From Paragordius varius (Eukaryota > Animalia > Nematomorpha), in contig OZ176052.1 of assembly GCA_964247055.1 (NCBI GenBank), positions 7,812,001-7,876,000 of the forward strand: 64,000 bases of DNA. Direction: 5' to 3'. Positions 13,601-25,600 of the stretch are shown here, one piece after another. The number at the start of each line of letters is the position of its first letter. The stretch's first letter is position 1. The position numbers and the translations under genes are program-made. The notes below the pieces were generated by a model. The model worked only from the letters and a program-made list of their open reading frames with translations. It was not told where the DNA came from and did not search any database.

Positions 13601-16600
13601 GGATTTAACTTTGGCTGTTTTTTGAATTTAATAGTGTGAGATTAATATCTTTAAGTAACGCAATATTTTTTTCCTTACAAATCGAACCAAAATCACCCTA
13701 TTGTAAATAATATAATGTCGAACCTTAAATAATCTTTCATACCACCGTTAATTTTAACATAATAATTTTCTAGTTTAATTATTAAAATGTGATTTGATTT
13801 TATATGAACTAACTTTATTATTATTATGACTTTCAGCCCGAAACAAAAGATTTCTTGAGGCCCATAAATTTTCAACTTTTGGTGAATTTGACGGATAAAA
13901 TACCAAATCAATATGTGGATGATCCATTGGTAGACATAAATTCTTACCCTGTGTTAAATCAAGATTCCGCTATTAAAACTTTTCAAGTAAATGTCAAGTC
14001 AATTGTTGTTTTATCCACCAATTTTATAACTTTAAGTAAATAATACAACATTTTTTGCTTTTCGTCAGGTTCCATTTCTAAAAGATTGCGGGGAAGATGA
14101 TATGTGTGAAAGTGATTTGTCTCTTGAATCCAAAATTAAATTACCCAGGTAATAATTTTTCACATACTAAAAATAATAGATGTAAAAATAACAACTAATA
14201 GATATTGGAACATAAAATCAGTTACTTTTTTCAGGCCGCTGTACTTTTACATTGCAAAGTATGAAATAAAGATATAAATTGATAACACAATCAATTATAT
14301 ATTTTCTCTTTTAATCAATGAATTTATATAGGAAAAAATAACATTTTGAAAAATATACGAGTGTCTTACGAAAAAATTTTTGTCTTTATGTTTTTACATT
14401 ATGTCTGTATAATTTTAAAACTTCGAATTTTACTGTAATATATTTGTCACATCGATAAAGATCGGCAGAAATGGATGATCAAGAACGGATCCTTTTAACC
14501 CTGGGTCAGTATAAAGAAATTAGCTTTTCCGTTTCCATTGAAAATTATGGGGAAGCCGCTTACGAAACTGAATTATACATTCATTTCTCATCTTTCATTA
14601 ATTATGTGGGTTTTAAGGTACCAACATCTGCTACACCAAAAATAAAGGCAAACCTACCAGGAGTATATTGTTGATTTTAGCAAAATTATAATTGATTTTT
14701 TACACGATTAATGCATTTCATTCATGATATATAAACTCTTGAATTTTTTGTGAAATATCTAATAATAAATACATAAAAATTTGGATTTCCCTAAAATGAA
14801 TGATAAAAGAAAAATTTTTTATATTTTGACTACAAATAAGTAACTGTAACTCTCTAGATATTAATTGTACAATTTAATACGTTCATTTTAATTACATGAT
14901 TAATAATTGTACAATTATTATAATAGATGAGAATCGGGCCTAAAAATTACCTATGCACCTTACTTAATGCTACATTGATAAAATGTGATATTGGTAATCC
15001 ATTCAAACGCGATGAAAAAGTAAAAATGAAGTTTTTATAAATATAGTTTAAAAATATTGAAGATAATTAGTTAAATTATTTATGCATATAAAAATTTTTT
15101 AATTGTTCAGAGTAAAACAATCTCTAGTAAATAGTAATGAAGTTAAATTTTAATAAAATGTGAAAAATTATGCTTTTTGCAGGCTGAATTGGTTTTCACT
15201 TTCGATGTCAGCAAATTGAAATTGGAGGATAACCGTATAAATTTTAATGTCAATGTTACCACGTAAGCCCGATTTTTTAACCTTTCATTTGCATCAAGAA
15301 CTATAGATATATTCAATTCTATTTTAGTACCAGTGCCGATAAAGGGACTTATGTAAAAAACCGAACAATAACTGCACTAATCATAATCAAATCAGAAATG
15401 AGTTTGGAGGGGTAAAATACATATAATTAGGTTTTAATTGCACTCTTATTAAAAATTAAATTGATATTTATTTTTTTCTAATAGAATTTCAGTGCCAGAA
15501 CAAATCTTCTATGGTGGCTTGGTTCAAGGCGAAAGTGAAATGCGCCGCGAAACTGATATTGGAAATCCGATCGAACATCGATATGTGGTATAAAGCATTT
15601 TTTAATATCAAAATATTTTTATTTAAACGGACTATTAATAGAGTTTGCCGTGACTGTAAAATTTATACTTTAACGGGCTAAAAGCCAACAATTATATATG
15701 TTGTCTTTTAGAATACTATTTGAGTTTATATTTGTTTGCCTTAGATTTTAAATCATGGCCCAGGAACCATTGCATCATCTTCAGTTGAAATATTATGGCC
15801 TTATGAGGTCGAAAATAGACGGGACCAAGGAAAATGGCTTTTTTATTTAACCAGATACCCTTGGGTAAATATTTATATATCTTAGTTTTTCAAATATTTG
15901 ATAATTTTTATTTCAATATTAATTTGATATACTTTGATTAGATTGATGGGGAAGGTATGTGCGATGTGGATTTAAAACATGTCAACACCTTAAAATTAAA
16001 GGTATTTGCATATAAATATTGAAATATAAATAAAATCTGATGAAATTATAATAAATTATATTTTTAGCTTGAAAACAAACATAAAAAGATATCAGAGTTA
16101 CGTCCAAAGGTATGCTTTTCAAATAAATTGTTTAATTGATAAAATTATAAACCGGGAAATAAATTTATATTTTAACACTTATATCGTTTAGAAGAATAGA
16201 AAAAAACTCAAATCATTAACCAAATCAATCAAAAGATTTAAACGTTTCAGTAAAAGAGTCATGTCTCGTTACAAACGCGAATTAATAATTCTACCAGAAG
16301 CTCGTATAATTGGAGGCAAAATGAGACGAATTGTTACAATGGTTGGTTATTAACATTATTGTTTATTTTGGAGTTAAAGGCCAAAATATTTCACTTTAAT
16401 GTAAAGGACCTTTTATTAATTATAATTAATTTAATTTATTTTAAATTATAAAGGACTGTTCAATCGGTACTGCCAAATGTCACACGATAAAATGTCAATT
16501 GGGACAATTGTTACCCGGGCAAAGTGTGGTTATTCATATCAAAGGCCGATTGTGGAATTCAACTTTAGTTGAAGTATTATATTAATTTTGGCAAAATTAG

Positions 16601-17671
16601 CGTGAGAGTTTTGTATCTATATATATATATATATCACATTTTAATTATTTACGATTATTTTCATTATTAGAATTTTATAATTCAATTAAATTTTCTTTTC
16701 CATATATTTATCGCTCTGTAAAAATCTTTGGATTGTATCCATATCTCAAAATATTATATAATGGTAATCACATGCATTATAAACAATTTTTCTTCCGATC
16801 GGACTCCTTTAGGGACAGTTACTCATATGCCACAAAATTAAAAATTTTAATTATAAAAAAAAATATTTTTAATCGAAAATTACTTTTTTAGGATTATCCA
16901 ACAATCGACGCTGTGTCCATCGTTTCCCGCGCTCAATTATCGATTGATAAGAAATATAATGTTGATCAAAACATCAGCAATGATAATTCTTTTGTAAGTA
17001 AAGCAAATATTTATTTTTACTAACGTGACAACACACACGGTATTAAGCGATATAAAAATGCTTTTTAATTTTTATAGAAATATCCTTTTGTTTCTTTTTG
17101 TAAATCTAACATCTTTTTTTGATTTGATTATAAATAAATTTTATAATTTTTATTATTTAACCTACTTAATTAATGATAGATGATAGCAAAATCGTTTGTA
17201 AAATTACGCTAAAAATGTCGTAAAAAATAGGTGAATTCGTTAAAGCTAAAGTTAACTCCCATTAAAATCATATTTATTTTGATAAAAATATTTAGTTCTT
17301 GCCAAATTATCAAAAAATAAAAGATTCTATTGCTTGTGTTTAGGTTTATACAATCGCATACCCTGATCTCGACGTTATTATGGAGCATAAAATAACGGAA
17401 CCTTGGATAATCATTGTTGCCATATGCTCCGGAATTATTTTATTTTTCCTGCTTACCATACTTTTGTGGAAGGTTTATATTTACAATACATACCTCTAAT
17501 TTTTCGGAATAAAATTGATATGTATTCTTAAAAAAATATATTTAAATAAAATCACAAAAAATTACCTGTCTATTAACTGTTTAGATTGGATTTTTTAAAC
17601 GAAAAGTAATGAAACCGCCATACAGCGCTAGATTAGAAAAAGCAAAATATGAAGAAATGAATGAACTTTAG
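1611..17671 (+). CDS. Integrin alpha subunit, no I-domain, laminin-binding alphaPS1/ITGA3-6-7-like; 28-29 exons, about 1305-1316 aa
   Basis: Exons: 1611-1894, 4610-4740, 6627-6703, 8106-8334, 8585-8695, 9293-9518, 9679-9798, 9894-9987, 10358-10460, 10943-11297, 11643-11765, 12183-12344, 12634-12929, 13373-13464, 13837-13986, 14069-14148, 14461-14617, 14927-15019, 15183-15262, 15328-15411, 15485-15587, 15745-15864, 15942-16001, (16068-16108), 16200(or 16192)-16341, 16454-16573, 16892-16993, 17344-17472, 17585-17671. Motifs: mature start FNLD, FGFSV/LVGAP FG-GAP repeats, Ca loops DFNGDG, DINLDG, DMDGNG, CGEDDMCESDL, YGGLVQGESEM, furin site RYKR, TM helix and KIGFFKR. Confidence 0.95.
4165..4487. 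mobile_element. MITE family C (TA-flanked, subterminal 21-bp repeats)
   Basis: TA|CCATTTACA ... TGTAAATGG|TA; about three AATTCACCCTCAAACAATTCA units at each end, in inverted orientation. Confidence 0.75.
4769..5015. mobile_element. MITE family C copy, 28 nt downstream of integrin exon 2
   Basis: TA|CCATTTACAATTCAAATTCGCC ... GGTGAATTTGAACTGTAAATG|TA; interior matches 4165-4487. Confidence 0.72.
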
Positions 17672-19022
17672 TCAACAAAATAAAAACCATTATTCCTCTT
17701 ATCTCAAAAGCCATATAATCTCGTCATAAGGCATTTATTTTTTGCATGAATTCCCACTCATTATAAAACATCATTCCTTGAACAAACATAACTGTGTTAT
17801 TTTGATTATTTTTGTTACATATGTATAAATAAATTTAATTAGACAATTAAGTTTCAAATGTATTCTTTACCATTGATTTTTGAAATATATTGCCTCATTC
17901 ACATGAATAATTACTATAATAAATGTTTTATTAATATACATGGGTTTACCTAAGCCGGTTTTGATTCCCCAAAATTAAATAAAGTAAAATATGTCCACTA
18001 ATACACGGAATATAAATTGCTTAGATGGATTTTACAAAATTATTGTCATTAACCATTTTTGCTAAAGAATGAAGTTGAATGAAAATTGTTAAACAATTTC
18101 TCCTAAATATTGCTATGATCTGACATTTAACTCTTGCAAAATAATTTAAAATATGCCTAATTCATTTACAAAGTTTTATAAATAAACAGCTAAACTACCT
18201 TCCCGTTAAGTGAGCGTTGCTGGTGGAACTGTGGTACAAAAAGAGCCATTTACAATATTGAGTTTTTTTCAATCGGGCCCTTTTTATGAGGGCCATGAAT
18301 ATATGAGATATTTATTTACATTACTAATAATAAACCTAAAACAAAAATTAATACTGACATAAAACTCGAATATCGATCATGGACGAAACAAAAGAGAACT
18401 GTTATTGACAGTAAGAGCTAAAAATCTTAAATTATCCAATTGTGATTTAAGGATAAAAAATTGTATTGTATTTATTAAACCATTTTGGTTCTTGATTATA
18501 AAATTGATTTTGGTTATGGGTCGCTTAAAATTACTTTTGTGGCATAAAATCCTTCATAATTATAATAAACAGTCAGATTAAAAAGAAAAATATATTTATA
18601 AATAAATTTGTTTGAATATTTATTAGGATCTTTCAAGATTAAGTTCTATTCTTGACATGTTCAATATAGTCGTTATTTCTTGAAGTTGGAGAAATTCTAT
18701 GTTATTCTATTTTAATCGTATTTGACTTCAATATTAAGTCTATCTTTTTGGGTAAACTTTAGTAGGATTTTGGAAGAGTAGTGATTTTGCTATCGGTCGT
18801 ATAATATCTATAATCATAATAACCGGGGTAATGAAGATTTTATTTTTTACCCTATAAACAAATTTTTGGTTAAGGTCTCAAAACTGACTAGTATATATGT
18901 AAAGATAAGTCGAAATGGCTACTGTATATTTGTTATTATTTAAGCTTATTTTTTGATACTATTATTACTGGTTATACAACTTAATTGTATTTATATTTTT
19001 AATGCTTGAGGAGTGTTTAGAT

Positions 19023-19319
19023 TAGGGGTGTCCAACACAAATGGCTTCAAAGGCCGCGCTTTTACCTCAAAATGTGATGGGCCACATTATAAAAATATGT
19101 GGGCATTAACAAAAATTATAACGGATTTTAAACATAAGACTGTAAAAAAATTACGAACACAATAACATTTTCTGCTACTTCGATGCCAAAATTTATTTAA
19201 GGAATATCAATTTTACTTAGATTTTGTCAATTAGCATCTTTTTAGTTGTAAAATTTTGTATTTGGTGTTTTTAAAATTTCTCGCGGGCTGCCAAAATGTT
19301 TTGGAGCCCCTCTGTAATG
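19023..19319. mobile_element. MITE family A (hAT/Buster-type, about 290 bp)
   Basis: Starts TAGGGGTGTCCAACACAAATGGC; GTTTAGAT is duplicated at 19015-19022 and 19320-19327. Confidence 0.75.
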
Positions 19320-19778
19320 GTTTAGATTTAGAACTCAGCAATTGATACATCTTAAGCTTATATATATAAACATGAGATTATTTTTAAGATAGACGTAGCT
19401 CAAGCCTTCCTCCGTTTTAATATTTAACTAATTATTTCATAAGATTAATTATTTGTGTTATATTCTTAGGTAATTTTTCATCATAATATTAGTTAGAGAT
19501 TTGATTTTGTATATGGGTTATTGTCTAGGTTTTATACATGTTGATAAATGTGAAAAAAAACAGAAATTGTTTTTTACCTATTTGGGAGTAATTTTCAATC
19601 GTTTATCCCCCATTAATATTTACTAAAAAGGAAATATTGATTAAAAAATAAGCTTTATTTTAAGTGGTTAATTTAACAATATATTCTATTTACATAAATG
19701 ATACCACTTATTTACAATAAATTTAAAAAATACCTCTTCTTTTTTGAAAACCTTTGCACTTTAGTTTGCAGACACAAA

Positions 19779-22378
19779 ATGTGTTCGCGTTTTTGTATTT
19801 TGTTACTGCTCTTTTCTTCATTGAATATTAAGTTTACGAATTCTTACATGAAAGTTATAAATACTTGGCCTTTCAACGAATGTACCAAACAAGGTATTAC
19901 GCTAAGTTTTTGCAGATGAATATATTTATATATAAATTTAAATAATCGCATCTTAGCCAAATTTATTAATACAAATTTAAAATTATGCTATATAAAATTA
20001 ATTTTATAACAATAATATAGCGTGGGAAACTTTGCAAAAGGGTACAGTTCTCGATGCAGTGGAAGCGGGATGTAATACATGCGAAAATGGTTTATGTTCA
20101 AACTCTGTGGGATTCGGTGGACACCCAGATGAACAGGGAAATACTACGTTAGATGCTATGATCATGGATGGGTAATCCAAAACATATATATTTAGAAAGT
20201 GAAACAATGGAGGTTGGAGCGGTCGGAGGATTAGAACGTATAAAACACGCAATATCTGTGGCTAGAGCTGTTTTAAATTATTCGAAACACACCTTGATTG
20301 TTGGAAGATCTGGTATAATTATTTTAACTTTTATCAATAGCCACTGAATTCGCCAAACAGATGAAATTTACGGAAGAAAATTTATCCACTCCAAAATCAA
20401 TCGATGAATACAATGCATGGAAAAAAAATAATTGCCAACCAAATTTTAGACAGGTATAAGCAGTTTGTAACCCTAAATAATCTGTTAATTTTAACATTTA
20501 TAATTTTGATATATTTTACAGAATGTCAAACCCGATCCTAAAAAAAGTTGTGGCCCTTATGAACCAATAAAAAACATTGTAAAAGGACATGATAAAGGTC
20601 ATGTTCGAGACACTGTTGGAGTTATTGCAATAGATCGAAATGACAAGATGGCCGTCGGACTTTCTACAAACGGTGCTAATCATAAAATACCTGGGTAGAC
20701 TTGAAAAATCTTTTCCCTTTGTCAAAATTTTCACAAATATTTAAAAGATAATCACCCTTTGAAGTTTTCTAATATAGCGATTTTTTAAATATTTAAACAT
20801 ATCCATAGCGGGCCAAATTTAAAATATGCCTTTTTATCAAATTTTTTATTATATCCAAATTTAAACTGTTAAAAACGTCAACTTTTTTGGTTAGATTTTT
20901 TTAAATTTAAATCTAAATTGCTAAAAAACCACCATAAAAATATTAAACGATGAAAATAATTTCAATGTAAATGTGTTGCTCAATATTAAGCTACAAATTT
21001 TTGATGATTTTTGTGTATAAGTTACAAAATTAAAGCATTAAATATATTGTCCAATTATTGTAATTCTTGTACAACACCCCAAAATTTAGCTTTAAACAGA
21101 TAATTGTCGCTCTTATAAAATTAACATGATATTTTCTTATGTGTTCACCATATTTTTATTTTTTACAATATTATACTCGCTATTATTTTACGTGCTGAAT
21201 TTTGGTTTCATATATTCTTACATTATGTCTGATTTTATTATCAAAATCAATTTGATTACTTAAACGTAAAATTTAATATCATTAAAATTAAATTTTGAAT
21301 TTATCTTGTGATGTTTGATATTTATTTTATATGGTCATGTTTTTTAGTCGTGTAGGGGATTCACCTATCCCCGGAAGTGGAGGTTATGTCGATAACGATG
21401 TTGGGGCCGCCGTGGCCACAGGCGACGGGGATGTTATGATGCGATTTTTGCCCTCGTATGTATTTTTCAATAAAATACTATTTTTACTTAATTTTGAAAA
21501 AGGGTTCATGAGGCAAATGCTATCGTATTCACGTAAATTTTAAAATAAGCATCTGTTATGTGTAATAATTTTATCTTTATCGCCATAATATTAATAAATC
21601 ATTCAACCACTTGGATTCATTCTAATAATATCAAACCGCATTAATTTTTTGATGATTTATAATATCATTTAAATTTTTAGTTATGATTTTTCGCTTAAAT
21701 GAAAAATGTTAAAGATTTTTTTATCTATATAATTGTAAAAGCACTAGATTCATGATACATAACGTTTTTACTTTTAATTAGACTCATTATAATTATGAAT
21801 TAGTCGATATTTTATGTTTATATTTTTGGTTATAGCTATCAAGCCGTTGAACACATGCGTAATGGTATTGACCCTGCAAGTGCCGCGGAATTAGCCTTGC
21901 GAAGGATAAGCAACAAATACTGGTTTGAAGGAGCTCTCATTGCTATGAATAAGGCAGGGGAACATGGTAATTATACTTAATATTGTTTAGATTTAGTTTT
22001 TTTATATTTTCTAATATCTGATACCGCAGGAGTCATTTAGGTCAGTCATTAATAGCCAAAAATTATATGCTTCAAATGAATAAAAAAAGAAATTTTATGG
22101 ATAAAATATCAATAAGCTATAAAAATATCGTAGAATATTATCTTTCAAAACTCATTTAAGGTTGATGCCATTTTCTGATTTCATCCGTAGACATGTCTAA
22201 AAAATAACTGTTATTTTTAATAACGGTTACACTCATGACTGGACATATAAGTAGTCTGGCCTAATTTTATGACTTTATGCTTTTAGGTGCTAGTTGTTTT
22301 GGATACAAAACATTCCAATTTAATCACATGACGGAAAAGGGTCTTGTTACTGAAACCATTGATTGCTACAAAAAGTAA
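19779..22378 (+). CDS. AGA: N4-(beta-N-acetylglucosaminyl)-L-asparaginase (glycosylasparaginase), 8 exons, about 331 aa
   Basis: Exons: 19779-19893, 20021-20171, 20200-20312, 20341-20453, 20522-20694, 21348-21455, 21836-21966, 22287-22378 (996 nt). Signal peptide, [36 protein letters not shown]|TVG nucleophile, [31 protein letters not shown]. Confidence 0.96.
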
Positions 22379-22618
22379 CGATGAAAAATTGGATGATTAT
22401 TAAATTTATTATATATCAAATAGTATAAAAATTGTATTATGGACTAAACACAATTATTCATATCCCAATCTGTTAATAAATGGCGAAATGCATATTTGAG
22501 CTATTTTTATAACATAGAGTTTATAATGTACACAAATATAATTTGCAATTCATAATTTACTAATTAACTCAAATTTATCACAAAGAGCATAATCAATATA
22601 CATCAATCAGAACTTAAA

Positions 22619-25600
22619 TCAAAATAATTTGTTAGTTTTTCGGTTTTTGGGAGATTTTAACATTGGACTCGTTAATTGTGGTACCATGTCTACCACTACC
22701 CCAGAGTCTCGGCTATTATCATCTTGTAAATCCAAATCAGGGGATGATTGGGTTAATAAATTATTATTGGGTGTATGGTTACCGTTTAATTTTTCATTGC
22801 TTTTACAAAGGACGTAAGATTGATTATCTATGTGGTCTGTTTTACTGTTATTGTCGAATTCTAAGCCATGATAATGGACATCATTGTAAGGCCATGTATT
22901 TTCCGGGTAATCTTCAGGGGTTGGATTGTACTTGTTTATAATCTCTCTCATTATTTGATTCTGTAAACATAATTTTTAATTTAATAGATAAAGGCATTAA
23001 TAAAATTTATAAAACACTGAAATTAAAATAAGGTTTGGAAAATTAACTTCTAAAATTGCTTCTTTCAAGTCTTCCACAAATTTGGTTCTATCATGTTCAG
23101 ATTTTGCGTTTAAGGCAAGTATAAGTTCCCCGGATAGGATATCATAGATTTTGATTAAATATTTGAAATCTAAAAAAACGAAAATTGCTATAGCATATTG
23201 AAATCATCTAATTTTTAAATGTACAAAAGCATAAGGTAGTAACAATAACAAATAAAAATGTTAATATTAACACTGGAGAGAAATATTCTCGTTAAAAAGG
23301 GTTATTTAATTCTTAGAGTAAAAAAATATTTTCATACAAGGATGGAATTTTAATTGTATACGCTTAAATTGTGTATCAAAATTCCATATAATATACCTTT
23401 TTACTGTAAACGAATCAATTAGATGCTTTAGATATTATGAAATTATACTTGATATTTGATCCATTTCAACGGATAAGCGATGTAATGCATATGCCGATTT
23501 ATAGGAATACGTTGTAGATTGGCCTATAAGATTATGATGAGGTTTCGATTTATTGCCTGAATTAGTGCTGTCATGGCTAGCCGATTTGAATGGCGAATAG
23601 GCAGTGGTTTCCATTATGTTATTGCACGAGGATTTTCCATGTGTGGACGGAGTATGTAGATTGATTTTTTGAGTAGACTTATTATGGCTTGAAGAAGAAC
23701 ATGAATTTATTATTGGATATTGCGATTCATGATAATTACTCCCTGTCATTTTGTGTAAATAATCATTAGATTGGCCCACCCTAAAGAGCGAATCTTTACT
23801 CAAACCAAATTTCCCATTAAATCTAAAGGCTGAGTTTGAAAGACCGTTATTATTATGGCTATGGGATATTCTACTGCTTTTATCTTTCGTCCTTGGGCCC
23901 GGTGTTAAATTTTCATTACTAAATACAAACAATAATCATTACATAATTGGAGGATTAGTAAAGAAGGGAAAAAATTGTGTTTAACATAAAATATAATAAC
24001 ATTAAATGGATAAGTTAAAAAGCTTAAATTAAAATTATGCTTGTGCATATTTGAAAAAGTTTAAGTGATTTTTTATTTGTAGTCTTGGTTATACAGTTGC
24101 TCACTACATACATGCATTCATTCTGCGCGTGAACAATTAAAATGCATTCAGACTGGTAATTTATGACCAGTTTTATATTAATCTCAGTTATTATCAATAA
24201 TATAAATACATATTAGCTGATGATGTTAAAATGTTGGAGGACCATTTCATTTGATTCGATTGTTTCATAAGCGAAGGAGCTGAGCCTCTCATTGACTTTT
24301 GCAGTTTTCCCTCTGAGATAATTTTGCACAAGACTAGTAAATCATTGAATAAAAAGACTTCCCTTTGATGCAGATGGGGATGCCTTTCATTGAATACATT
24401 TAAAAAAAGATTTATAATTGAATAATTTACTACAGTTGGGCGAAAAAAGTCTAAAACTTTGAATTATTGGAAAAGTAATAAAATATCATAACAATATAGC
24501 ACAGTGATACTCAAACCGCGGCCCGCGGGCCGCATGCGGCCCTAAGTGTGCTTTAAAATTGCCCTATGACCATATTGATACTTAAATTTTTTTATTTATA
24601 ATATTTATTTTTTACCCAATTTGAAATGTAGAAAAATTTTCCTACATTAAAATGATTTTAAAATTTATGATTTATGGCACACGTTGTTTCTTTTTCTGTA
24701 TTCTATTTTCTTTTCTTTTTGAATTTTTATTGCATTTCTTTTTTGTTTTCACCCATTGCTTATACATTTCATTGCTATCCTGCTTCATTTTTATAACTCA
24801 TTCCCATAAAATATTTTTCAAATCAACATCATTAAATTTCGACCTGTTTTTTATAGCATAATTCAATTTATATTCCTATTTTTTTTACATAATATTTAAA
24901 CATAATTTCAAAGGATGACATCTAATGCCAAAAATCGTAATTATAATCGCTCCTTTAAAAAAGAATGGAAAAATAATTTTTTTGTCGTTTTAAATAACAA
25001 AGTTGCTACCTGCCTTATAAGCAAAGCAACATAATTATAAAAAAATACAATATTGAAAGACATTTTAAAATCCATTATTCTCATAAATTACCAGAAAATC
25101 ATGAGGAAAGAAACGAAAAGTATAAAAATTTTAAGGAATTATCGAGAAAGAAAAATCTATTATGGCCATAGCTTTTTCCCAGTGAAAAGCTGTAACATTA
25201 GCTTCGTATGAAATTTGCTATGTTTTAGGAAAAAATATGAAACCGTTTACTGATTCCCTAATAAAAGAATGTCTAATAAATGGTTGCACTTTTTATTTAA
25301 ATTCCATAATAAAGATCAAATCATGAGGCAAATTAAAAAACTTCAACTTTCTGATTCAACATGTGCTCGACGCGATATGTCTAAATATATTTTTAACAAT
25401 ACATTATTGGCTCTGAAAAACTGCAAATATTTCAGTATTGCAATCGATTCTAGCCCTGATATAAGTTCAACACCTCAATGTGCGCTCTTCGTGAGATTTT
25501 GCAACCAACATAATCAACAAGGAATATTGAAATTTTTACCAATGAATAATACCACAAAAGACAGTGATTTTCATGAAATAATTAGTACTTTTTTCGATAA

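Noticed and set aside
24040-24150. Possible extra IQSEC exon (SECILIVHAQNE...)
   Set aside because: Phase-incompatible with the 24210 donor; 24210 to 23918 splices in frame without it.
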